From: a bacterium
Lineage (GTDB): Bacteria; Patescibacteriota; Minisyncoccia; Moranbacterales; UBA2206
DNA: 34,665 nt
Reading direction: 5' to 3'
Assembly: GCA_021789395.1 (NCBI GenBank)
Contig: JAJYJP010000001.1
Span: 1 to 34,665 of the forward strand
The notes beneath the pieces were generated by a model. That model saw only the letters and a list, made by a program, of their open reading frames with translations, was not told the DNA's origin and searched no databases. Positions 1-7,980 of the stretch are shown in pieces. The position numbers and the translations under genes were made by a program. How positions within the stretch are numbered: position 1 is the first letter of the stretch; each line of letters begins with the position of its first letter.

Positions 1-835
1 AGGCAAAGACCTGGGCTCCTCGGGCAAGGTGGCCCAAATCGCCAAATTTGAGCTTTCCGGGCATTATAATCTCTTTGGCAAAAGAGCTTTTCAGAGCTTT
101 TTCTATCGTCCCCTCGCTCAGCCAAGCCTTTTCACCAACCAAGACAAGCTGCAAATTCGTTCCAGCGTTTTTTATTCTTTCAAATGCCTCGATCAAAGTT
201 ATTAAATTTTTCCGTGGCTGAATCGCACCGATGTATAAAATATACGGTTTAATAATTTTCAAACGCGCTTTGATCCTTTTTTCTTTTTCTAAGTCACGCA
301 ACTGATCAAACACCTCCGGATCGAAACCATGATAGATGACTTTTATCTTTTCTTCTTTGACCTCCGGATAGAATTTCAAGATGTCTTTTTTGGTCGCTTC
401 GGAAATGGCGATGAGCTTCGTCGCATTCCTTATTGCGAAATCCGTGAATGAATTCAATTTTTTTAAATCATTCGTCGGGAAATGTTCCGGAAAATATTTG
501 AACGCCAGATCGTGGATCGTCACCACAGTTTTAAGACTTTTCCGGTGCAAGGCCGGCAAGGCGTGCATCGGCATCCAGAGCGCGTCGGGTTGATCTTTCC
601 AAATCTCAAGCGCAAAGCGCGTTTGCGTCCAAGCGAATGGAAAAGTTTTTTGCCTAATCTTATAATTGGAAAAATTCGGCGGCGTGAGTTCAGGATTGAA
701 ATTATTTTTGTGATAAATCAAAAATTCACTGGTCGGATCCAGCTTTCCGAAATACTTTAAAAGATTCAAGATATAAACCCGCGTGCCGTCGATGCGCGAA
801 GCATCGAGATCAGCCGCTTGGATGGCGATTTTCAT
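1..835 (-). CDS. Glycosyltransferase, GT4-like (N-terminal ~278 aa; ORF runs off the left edge of the window)
   Basis: Absent from the supplied ORF track because no stop lies inside the window. Manual reverse-strand translation from ATG (835-833) gives MKIAIQAADLDASRIDGTRVYILNLLKYFGKL...VVTIHDLAFKYFPEH...ILYIGAIQPRKNL...QLVLVGEKAW, with no stop down to position 1. The TIHD, PRKN and LVLVG segments are typical of GT-B/GT4 enzymes. Confidence 0.8.
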   Translation of the reverse strand, partial: MKIAIQAADLDASRIDGTRVYILNLLKYFGKLDPTSEFLIYHKNNFNPELTPPNFSNYKIRQKTFPFAWTQTRFALEIWKDQPDALWMPMHALPALHRKSLKTVVTIHDLAFKYFPEHFPTNDLKKLNSFTDFAIRNATKLIAISEATKKDILKFYPEVKEEKIKVIYHGFDPEVFDQLRDLEKEKRIKARLKIIKPYILYIGAIQPRKNLITLIEAFERIKNAGTNLQLVLVGEKAWLSEGTIEKALKSSFAKEIIMPGKLKFGDLGHLARGAQVFA

Positions 836-842
836 CTTTTTT

Positions 843-1709
843 TTATTTCAATTCTCCCAGAAATTTTTTTAATTTTTCTCCAATCTCCGGATGCTTTAGG
901 CCGAGTTTGATCGAAGCTTTCAAGAAATTGAATTTATCGCCAGTGTCGAGCCATTCGCCATCCAAAACTTTTCCGTAAAGCGGCCGGTTGTTGTTAAGCA
1001 TAATTTCAAACGCATCGGCCAATCTGATCTCGCCCGACTTGCCGTGTTTCATCGTACCCAAAACTTCCATCACTTCCGGCGTGATAACATATTTTCCAAC
1101 CGCCACCATATCCGATTTGGCATCTTCCGGTTTCGGCTTTTCGACAATATTCTTCACCTCGAAATTATTTTCTCCCAACGCAATTCCTTCAATTACCCCA
1201 AACTTGGAAACTTCTTCTTTTTCCACATGACTCAGTCCAATTACACTATCGCCGTACTTTTCATAAGTCTCAATCAACTGTTTTGCGGCCGGCACCTGGC
1301 TGTCATAGAGGCAATCTCCGAACAAAACCAAAACCGGTTCATTGTCGACGATATGGGCGGCTTGCAAAATCGCATGTCCGTCGCCCAACGGCATCGGCTG
1401 GCGGACGTAGGAAAATTTTGCCAGGCCGGAAATTGTCCGGACCGCTTCCAGAAGATCGTGCTTATTTTTCTCAACCAAAGTGTCTTCCAATTCATACGAA
1501 ACGTCGAAATGGTCTTCGATCGCCCGCTTGCCGCGGCCGGTCACGAAAATTATCTCTTCAATTCCCGATTCCACTGCCTCTTCGACCAGATATTGGATGA
1601 CCGGCTTATCGACGACTGGCAACATTTCTTTGGGCTGCGATTTGGTTGCTGGCAGAAATCTTGTTCCGAAACCCGCAACCGGCAAAATGGCTTTTTTTAT
1701 TTTTTTCAT
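843..1709 (-). CDS. galU: UTP--glucose-1-phosphate uridylyltransferase
   Basis: 288 aa. The N-terminal AILPVAGFGTRFLPATKSQPKEMLPVVDKPVIQY is the canonical GalU nucleotide-binding signature. VEKP and the rest of the length also fit GalU. Confidence 0.9.
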   Translation of the reverse strand: MKKIKKAILPVAGFGTRFLPATKSQPKEMLPVVDKPVIQYLVEEAVESGIEEIIFVTGRGKRAIEDHFDVSYELEDTLVEKNKHDLLEAVRTISGLAKFSYVRQPMPLGDGHAILQAAHIVDNEPVLVLFGDCLYDSQVPAAKQLIETYEKYGDSVIGLSHVEKEEVSKFGVIEGIALGENNFEVKNIVEKPKPEDAKSDMVAVGKYVITPEVMEVLGTMKHGKSGEIRLADAFEIMLNNNRPLYGKVLDGEWLDTGDKFNFLKASIKLGLKHPEIGEKLKKFLGELK

Positions 1710-1726
1710 CTATTTGTCCGTTAGTT

Positions 1727-1759
1727 TTAAAAAATTCAACCCTGACCGAAATCAGGGTT
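1727..1759 (-). terminator. Intrinsic terminator downstream of rfbA
   Basis: The minus strand reads AACCCTGA-TTTCGG-TCAGGGTT (8-bp stem, 1738-1759) followed by GAATTTTTTAAAA. It lies 9 nt after the rfbA stop. Confidence 0.7.
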
Positions 1760-1767
1760 GGTTGAAA

Positions 1768-2565
1768 TTACAAAAGCCTCTTTTTGGCCAGAGCTTTTAG
1801 CTCGGCATTGAACTCTTCGACGGCCGCGTCGATCAGCGGATCGAAATTCTTGTAAATCTCTTTTTCTTTGACGATCCGCCCGGCTTCCAAAAGCGTGTCG
1901 AACGTTCCCGCGTCCAGCCATTCGCCGTCAAAAGTGCTGACTTTTAGTTCGTTTCGTTCAAGATAATAGTTATGGAGCGATGTTATTTCAATTTCTCCCC
2001 GCTCGGACGGCTTGGTATTTTTAGCCGCTTCGATCACGCGATTATCATAAATGTATAGGCCAGTCACTGCGTAATCACTGATCCACTCTTGCGGTTTTTC
2101 CACAATTTTAACCGCATTACCGGTTTCATCAAATTTCACCACTCCGAATCTCTCTGGGTCGGAAACTTTCTTGGCAAAGACGTGTCCGCCCGATTGAAAA
2201 TTTTTAATCGCTTCCGAAAAATCGTCTTCGAAGATGTTGTCGCCCAGAATCATGGTAACATTATCTTTTCCGATGAATCCTTCGCCCATGATGAAAGCGT
2301 CGGCCAATCCGCGCGGGACTTTCTGTACTTCAAAAATAATACGGATGCCGTACTTTTTGAACTCCGCACCGAGCAAATTCATATACTGCCCGCTGTGTTC
2401 CGGAGTGACGATGATTAGAATGTCTTTGATGCCCGCTTTGATCAAAGTGTTCAGCGGATAAAAGATCATCTGCTTGTTGTAGACCGGCAACAACTGCTTG
2501 GAGGTCGTGGCGGTCAGCGGAAAAAGTCGCGTCGCCGTCCCGCCGGATAAAATTATTCCTTTCAT
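1768..2565 (-). CDS. rfbA: Glucose-1-phosphate thymidylyltransferase (short RmlA-type)
   Basis: MKGIILSGGTATRLFPLT...KQLLPVYNKQMIFYPL... matches the RmlA G-x-G-T-R-L signature. I chose the second ATG (2565) because AAGGAG lies 9 nt upstream. The ORF track starts 7 codons earlier, at 2586. Confidence 0.9.
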   Translation of the reverse strand: MKGIILSGGTATRLFPLTATTSKQLLPVYNKQMIFYPLNTLIKAGIKDILIIVTPEHSGQYMNLLGAEFKKYGIRIIFEVQKVPRGLADAFIMGEGFIGKDNVTMILGDNIFEDDFSEAIKNFQSGGHVFAKKVSDPERFGVVKFDETGNAVKIVEKPQEWISDYAVTGLYIYDNRVIEAAKNTKPSERGEIEITSLHNYYLERNELKVSTFDGEWLDAGTFDTLLEAGRIVKEKEIYKNFDPLIDAAVEEFNAELKALAKKRLL

Positions 2566-2648
2566 CTTTTTATCTCCTTTGCTCATATTTTTCTAGAAAG
2601 AACAGTAGGGATATTTTAACAAATATTATTCCTCTGTCCAATTATTTT

Positions 2649-3899
2649 TTATCTTAAATTTTTGTATATCGGAAACTTTTTGCAAAGACCGATGACCGCC
2701 CGATGGATCTCTTTCAGCACTTTATCGTTATCATGACTTTCGATAGCGGCGTTAATCCAGTTGGCAATCATTTTCACTTCTTTTTCTTTCATTCCGCGCG
2801 TCGTAATGGCCGGAACGCCGATACGCACGCCGCTTGGATCCATCGGCTTCCGCGGATCGTCCGGAATCATATTCTTATTGACCGTGATGCCAATCTTGTC
2901 CAACGCCTTCTCCGCTTCTTTGCCGGAGACGCCTTTCGAACCGAAAACATCGACCAAAACCATATGATTGTCCGTGCCGCCGAACATGATCTTGAATCCA
3001 TATTTCATCAACTCGACTTCCAAAACTTTGGCGTTTTTGATCACCTGTTTGGCATAAGTCTTGAAGCTCGGCTTCAGCGCTTCCCCCAATGCCACCGCCT
3101 TGGCTGCAACATTGTTCATGTGCGGTCCGCCCTGGAATCCCGGGAAGGCCGCCTTGTCGATCGCCTCAGCGTATTTTTTCTTGCAAAGGATCATGCCGCC
3201 GCGCGGTCCGCGCAAAGTTTTGTGCGTCGTTGTGGTGACAATGTCAAAATACGGCACCGGATTCGGAACAGCTTGGCCGGCGATCAATCCCGCAATGTGA
3301 GCGATATCGATCATCGTGATCGCGCCGACTTTTTTCGCGATCTGTTGAAATTTTTTGTAATCCAACTGCCGCGTGTAGGCGGAAAATCCCGCCAGAATCA
3401 TCTGCGGTTTTTCTTTAATCGCCATTTCTTCCAATTGTTTGTAGTCGATTTTTCCAGAGGCATCGGTTTTATAACGAACAAAATTATAAACCTTGGCCGA
3501 AAGCGTCACCGGATGGCCGTGTGTCAGATGGCCGCCGTGCGAAAGATCCATTCCCAAAACTTTGTCACCCGGTTTCAGAACGGCACTGTAGGCAATCATG
3601 TTAGCCGGCGCGCCGGAAAGCGGCTGGACGTTCACATGTTCCGCGCCGAAAAGTTTCTTCGTCCGCTCGATCGCCAAAGTTTCCACAACATCAGTATATT
3701 CCTGTCCGCCATAATATCTCCGGCCGGGATAACCTTCCGAATATTTGTTGGTAAAGACCGTTCCCAATGCTTCTAAAACCGCTTCCGAAACATAATTTTC
3801 CGACGCAATCAACTCCATGCCTTCTTGTTGCCTTTTGATCTCCCCCAGTACCGCCTTGTACACTTGCGGATCTTGTTTTTTTAAATTTTTCATATTCAA
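2649..3899 (-). CDS. glyA: Serine hydroxymethyltransferase
   Basis: 416 aa. It has ELIASENY, GYPGRRYYGG and the PLP-lysine motif TTTTHKTLRGPRGG. Confidence 0.97.
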   Translation of the reverse strand: MNMKNLKKQDPQVYKAVLGEIKRQQEGMELIASENYVSEAVLEALGTVFTNKYSEGYPGRRYYGGQEYTDVVETLAIERTKKLFGAEHVNVQPLSGAPANMIAYSAVLKPGDKVLGMDLSHGGHLTHGHPVTLSAKVYNFVRYKTDASGKIDYKQLEEMAIKEKPQMILAGFSAYTRQLDYKKFQQIAKKVGAITMIDIAHIAGLIAGQAVPNPVPYFDIVTTTTHKTLRGPRGGMILCKKKYAEAIDKAAFPGFQGGPHMNNVAAKAVALGEALKPSFKTYAKQVIKNAKVLEVELMKYGFKIMFGGTDNHMVLVDVFGSKGVSGKEAEKALDKIGITVNKNMIPDDPRKPMDPSGVRIGVPAITTRGMKEKEVKMIANWINAAIESHDNDKVLKEIHRAVIGLCKKFPIYKNLR

Positions 3900-3967
3900 A
3901 AATTAGATTTAAATTATTAAAATTAAAAACAAGAAAAAAATCAGATCATAAAATTGGAATTTTAAAT

Positions 3968-4903
3968 TTATTTTACCGCCTTGAGATAGTCTTTGAGCGC
4001 CTCTTTCCAACTGCGCATCGGATTTAATTTTGTATTAATGAGGGCCGAATAGTACGGACGTTCCGCCGGACGAGGAAATTCAGTCGAACTTACCGGAACC
4101 ACTTTCGCTTTGATTTTGGCTTGTTTATACAATTCTAGAACAGCCTCGTACCAAGTGCAAGGTTCGCTATTCGTAACATGATAAGTGCCATACGGCTTTT
4201 TTGCCTCAATAATTTCTTTGGTCTTTTTGGCCAGATCCGGAGCATAAGTGAAACAGCTGGTTTCCTCGTCCACCACTTTGACTTCCTTATTCTTTTTACC
4301 CGCTTCCAGCATCACATCAAAAAAACTTCGCTTGGCCGTTTCCGATTTGGCCGGTTTGCCGAAAAGTTTGGACAAGCGGATGATGTAATATTTCTTACCG
4401 TTCTTTTTTACTTCTTTCTCGCCTAGTATTTTTGATTTGCCGTAATTGGATAGCGGGTTGGTTTTCGCGTTTTCATCAAAGCCGATCTCTGGAATAAAAT
4501 TCTCATGGAGCGCGCAAGTTCCGCAAGAATGGGTGCAGCCGGTCGGTTCCGGAATTTCTGGCTGACCGTCAAAAACATAATCGGTAGAATAATTTACAAA
4601 AGTGGCTTTCAATTTTGTTGCAATTTTCGCCAAATTTCCCGGCGTTTTGCCGTTCAATTTTTTAGCCAGCAAAAATTCTTTCGGATCTTCCGCTTTGTCA
4701 ACCGCATTATAACCAGTCGCATTGATTATTATTTTCGGTTTAAGTTTGGTGATCTTAGAATTAGCCTCTTTATCGTTCGTGATATCAATTTCTTCCCGAT
4801 CCCAGCCAAAAACTTCATAATCTTTATCTTTTTTAAAAACTCTCACCAATTCCTGTCCAAGCATTCCCTTGGCGCCGATTATCAAAACTTTATTTTTCTC
4901 CAT
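3968..4903 (-). CDS. rfbD: dTDP-4-dehydrorhamnose reductase with an internal Cys-containing insertion
   Basis: Rossmann N-terminus VLIIGAKGMLG, then YSTDYVFDG ... YGKSKILGE (the catalytic Y-x3-K region of RmlD). About 23 extra residues lie between these blocks (see findings). The gene overlaps the rfbB stop by 14 nt. Confidence 0.85.
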   Translation of the reverse strand: MEKNKVLIIGAKGMLGQELVRVFKKDKDYEVFGWDREEIDITNDKEANSKITKLKPKIIINATGYNAVDKAEDPKEFLLAKKLNGKTPGNLAKIATKLKATFVNYSTDYVFDGQPEIPEPTGCTHSCGTCALHENFIPEIGFDENAKTNPLSNYGKSKILGEKEVKKNGKKYYIIRLSKLFGKPAKSETAKRSFFDVMLEAGKKNKEVKVVDEETSCFTYAPDLAKKTKEIIEAKKPYGTYHVTNSEPCTWYEAVLELYKQAKIKAKVVPVSSTEFPRPAERPYYSALINTKLNPMRSWKEALKDYLKAVK

Positions 4904-5897
4904 ATTGTTTTGCGTAATAATTTTTATAATCCCCGTTCTTGATGTTTTTCCACCACGCTTCGTTATTCTTAAACCATTCGATCGTCTTTTGCAGGCCTTC
5001 CTCGAATGAAACGCTCGGTTCCCATCCTAATTCATTTTTGATCTTGGAAAAATCGATCGCGTAGCGTTTGTCATGGCCCGGCCGATCTTTCACGAATTCA
5101 ATCGAACCTTCATCCTTGCCCATCAGTTCCAGAATTTTGTAAGTAATTTCCTTATTGGTTTTTTCTGACGCACCGCCGACGCAGTACGTTTCACCAATCC
5201 TGCCGCCGTGGATGATCAAATCAATTGCCTGACAATGGTCTTCAACATAAAGCCAGTCGCGGATATTCATTCCGTCTCCATAGAGCGGAACTTTTTTATC
5301 TTCAATTAAATTAGTCACGAAAAGCGGAATTAGTTTTTCCGGGAAGTGATACGGTCCGTAATTGTTGGAACAGTTGGAAATCGTCACGGGCAAACCGTAG
5401 GTGTGATAATAGGCGCGGACCAGATGATCGGACGAAGCTTTGGAAGCGCTGTACGGACTTCTTGGATCGTAGGGTGTGTTTTCATTGAAAGCCGGATCAT
5501 TCGGACCGAGCGAACCGAAAACTTCATCGGTCGAAACATGATGGAATCTTTTGTTGCCGTTGTTTTTGGCCGCCTCCAAAAGATTATGCGTGCCGACAAC
5601 GTTGGTATGGATGAAGGCGCTGGAATCCAAAATCGACCGATCGACATGTGACTCGGCCGCAAAATGGACGATCACATCCACATCTTTTGCTAAATCGTTT
5701 ACCAAATCCTTGTCCGCAATATCGCCTTTCACAAATTTATAATTCGGATTTCCCTCGAGCGCTTTCAGATTTTCCAAATTGCCGGCATAAGTCAAAAGAT
5801 CCAAATTGGTGATCTGGTAATCCGGATATTTCTTGGCGATGTAATGGACGAAATTGCTTCCGATAAATCCAGCTCCGCCGGTGACAAGTAATTTCAT
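4890..5897 (-). CDS. rfbB: dTDP-glucose 4,6-dehydratase
   Basis: 335 aa. It has KLLVTGGAGFIGSNF, HFAAESHVDRS, YSASKASSDHL and RPGHDKRYAID, the classical RmlB motifs. Confidence 0.95.
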   Translation of the reverse strand: MKLLVTGGAGFIGSNFVHYIAKKYPDYQITNLDLLTYAGNLENLKALEGNPNYKFVKGDIADKDLVNDLAKDVDVIVHFAAESHVDRSILDSSAFIHTNVVGTHNLLEAAKNNGNKRFHHVSTDEVFGSLGPNDPAFNENTPYDPRSPYSASKASSDHLVRAYYHTYGLPVTISNCSNNYGPYHFPEKLIPLFVTNLIEDKKVPLYGDGMNIRDWLYVEDHCQAIDLIIHGGRIGETYCVGGASEKTNKEITYKILELMGKDEGSIEFVKDRPGHDKRYAIDFSKIKNELGWEPSVSFEEGLQKTIEWFKNNEAWWKNIKNGDYKNYYAKQYGEK

Positions 5898-5906
5898 AGA
5901 TTAAAA

Positions 5907-6458
5907 TTAAAAAGGATTATTTTTTATAAATTCTTCGAACGTTTGCGCTTTCTGATCTTTTTCCGACAGAATCGGATTTTCAATCGGCCAATTGATTTTC
6001 AATGTCGGATCGTTCCAGATAAGTCCGCTATCGCTCTGCGGCGCGTAAAAATTATCAGTCTTATATAGAAATTCCGTATTGTCTTCCAAAGTGCAAAAAG
6101 CGTGCGCGAAACCGCGTGGAACATAGAGCATCTGGAAATTTTCCGCCGACAAGTTGAAGCCTTCCCACTTCCCGAACGTCGGCGAATCTTTACGCAGATC
6201 GACGATGACATCATAAACCGAGCCTTTCACGACGCGCACAAATTTCGCCTGTGTGTGCGGCGACAACTGAAAATGCAAGCCGCGCAAAACGCCCTTGTTC
6301 ACCGACATAGAATGATTGTCCTGGACAAAATCAGCCTTGATTCCGGCTTGCTCGAATTCTTTTTGGGAATAGGACTCCAGAAAAAATCCTCGCTCATCCT
6401 GGAAGACTTTAGGTTTGATCAAATAGGCGTCTTTTAGGGTTGTTTTTTGAAATTCCAT
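5907..6458 (-). CDS. rfbC: dTDP-4-dehydrorhamnose 3,5-epimerase
   Basis: 183 aa. FQDERGFF.E, RGLHFQ, KFVRVV.G...DVIVDLR and VPRGFAHAF are RmlC hallmarks. Confidence 0.93.
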   Translation of the reverse strand: MEFQKTTLKDAYLIKPKVFQDERGFFLESYSQKEFEQAGIKADFVQDNHSMSVNKGVLRGLHFQLSPHTQAKFVRVVKGSVYDVIVDLRKDSPTFGKWEGFNLSAENFQMLYVPRGFAHAFCTLEDNTEFLYKTDNFYAPQSDSGLIWNDPTLKINWPIENPILSEKDQKAQTFEEFIKNNPF

Positions 6459-6486
6459 AGTATTCCTATGATAGTATATTTTTGAA

Positions 6487-6512
6487 CAAAATAAAAGGGC
6501 GGGTTTACGCCC
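6487..6512 (-). terminator. Intrinsic terminator after the Wzz-like gene
   Basis: The minus strand reads GGGCG-TAAACC-CGCCC followed by TTTTATTTTGTTC. It lies 24 nt after the stop at 6536 and upstream of the rfbC start. Confidence 0.65.
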
Positions 6513-6535
6513 ACTCTTTTATATATAAGAAAAGT

Positions 6536-7504
6536 CTATAAATTGCCTTTTAAAAGCTTATTCAATCTTTCTTTGACCTCTTCCGGAGTCGCCTCACGAA
6601 GATGGTCGGCTTTTACCTCTTTTCCTTCACCCGGCGCAAAACTTACTGCTCCCTCAAGCATCGGGCCTTCGCCGATCGGCAGATTGGAAGGCGCTACCGA
6701 TTTCTTTTCTCTCGCAACCGGTTGCGACGGTTTTTTCCCAATCTTTTTTTCTTTAGTTTCAAGTTTTTCAAGAATAACTTTTTTTTCATCCTCCGCTGGA
6801 ACCGGACGGATAGTTTCAGAAATGTCCGATTGGATAATTTCTTCAGCTTCCGGTTCAGGCTCAAACTTCTTTCCCGCCTCTTCCGGCTTGAATATCGATC
6901 CAAATTCTTTCCGAGAAATAATCCCGCGTTTTTTTCGGATTGAAAATATGATGTTGGCAATAGCGACTCCCAGAACCAAACCCAATATGCTGCTGATTGC
7001 AATCGAACTTGTCCAGAAATCCCCTCTTTGCGTGAGGCTCACGATCGGTTCTTCAATAATACGGACACTGAGATCGGTCTGGATATTATAATAATGGCTC
7101 ATGACAACGGCAATATCGTTTGCCGCCTGCTGAGTAATGATATCGGCCTGCGCCGGATTTTTATCGAAAACAGAAATGTCCAAAATGCTGCTGTGTCCGA
7201 TGCGACGAATATCAATTTTAGAATCCCAATAACTTTTTCTTTGGACATCAGGCAGATTGGCAGCGCCGTCCACTATGTCATGATTTTCGGCAAGCATACC
7301 ATTATAAAAAGAAAGAGATTTGGGAATTTCCTGAACATTGCCGATGATTTGTTCGATATTCCCGGCCGTCATCGTGTTTTCCGGCAAAATCAGAATCCGC
7401 GACTCGCCCACATAAGTCTTATTGGCATTATAAAGCACGGTAAAGATTATAGCGGCAGCAATGATGCTTGCGGTCCAGAACAATTTTGATTTCAGCGTTT
7501 GCAT
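6536..7504 (-). CDS. Wzz/polysaccharide co-polymerase-like bitopic membrane protein with a long charged C-terminal tail
   Basis: 322 aa. It has an N-terminal TM (LFWTASIIAAAIIFTVLY), an extracytoplasmic domain with ILDISVFDKNPAQADIITQQAANDIAVVM (PCP-like), a second TM (ISSILGLVLGVAIANIIFSI), RKKRG, and then ~130 aa of E/K/P-rich low complexity. Confidence 0.55.
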   Translation of the reverse strand: MQTLKSKLFWTASIIAAAIIFTVLYNANKTYVGESRILILPENTMTAGNIEQIIGNVQEIPKSLSFYNGMLAENHDIVDGAANLPDVQRKSYWDSKIDIRRIGHSSILDISVFDKNPAQADIITQQAANDIAVVMSHYYNIQTDLSVRIIEEPIVSLTQRGDFWTSSIAISSILGLVLGVAIANIIFSIRKKRGIISRKEFGSIFKPEEAGKKFEPEPEAEEIIQSDISETIRPVPAEDEKKVILEKLETKEKKIGKKPSQPVAREKKSVAPSNLPIGEGPMLEGAVSFAPGEGKEVKADHLREATPEEVKERLNKLLKGNL

Positions 7505-7644
7505 AGGATTATTTTACGTAATTTATGGGCACTTGGCGTTATTCAATAGATAGGCTATTTTTGACCACTCGTCAAGTATTCCAGACTATCATCCATTCCG
7601 CGGCAAGTCAATGGATGGGAGGATTTTTCGTGTCTCGTCGTATC

Positions 7645-7917
7645 TTATGTATTACTATCCTGAATCTTGCCTCTTTCTGCAAATTTAAAGAGTGTCCATA
7701 GTTTTATGCAACACTCTTTTATATGATCCGGAGTTTTCCGGTTGTTTTCAGTTTCATGTTCCCGCCCAGATTTGGCACGGATTTTTTCGGACCCCAATTG
7801 GGCATCCGTTGGCTGTTCGCATTTGCGCAACAGTTTCAGAATCTCGTTTGAGCATTCTGAAAAAATAAATAAGCGCGCTTCTTCTTGCTTGGCCTTGGCC
7901 GACGACATAGAAATCAT
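7645..7917 (-). CDS. Hypothetical 90-aa protein (doubtful)
   Basis: This is the longest ORF in an otherwise non-coding 476-bp gap and is co-directional with its neighbours. It has no Shine-Dalgarno upstream (TTTTTAAATCTTCATG), no recognisable motifs, and it overlaps hairpins. Confidence 0.25.
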   Translation of the reverse strand: MISMSSAKAKQEEARLFIFSECSNEILKLLRKCEQPTDAQLGSEKIRAKSGREHETENNRKTPDHIKECCIKLWTLFKFAERGKIQDSNT

Positions 7918-7980
7918 GAAGATTTAAAAAGCCGGAGGAAGCCCAAACACTGAAGAGGCCTGGACTTCCCCATACGTGTC

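Noticed and set aside
1044-1724. A 226-aa plus-strand ORF opposite galU. Similar antisense ORFs lie at 22764-23366, 8338-8868, 16677-17267 and 19095-19691.
   Set aside because: All are nested antisense within well-supported minus-strand genes and have implausible composition. I treat them as shadow ORFs.
2703-3776. A 357-aa plus-strand ORF, plus shorter ones at 2761-2967 and 3061-3300.
   Set aside because: They lie entirely antisense to the unambiguous glyA gene. The translation is low-complexity and R/F/H-rich with no motifs. This is a typical shadow ORF produced by the codon bias of the real gene.
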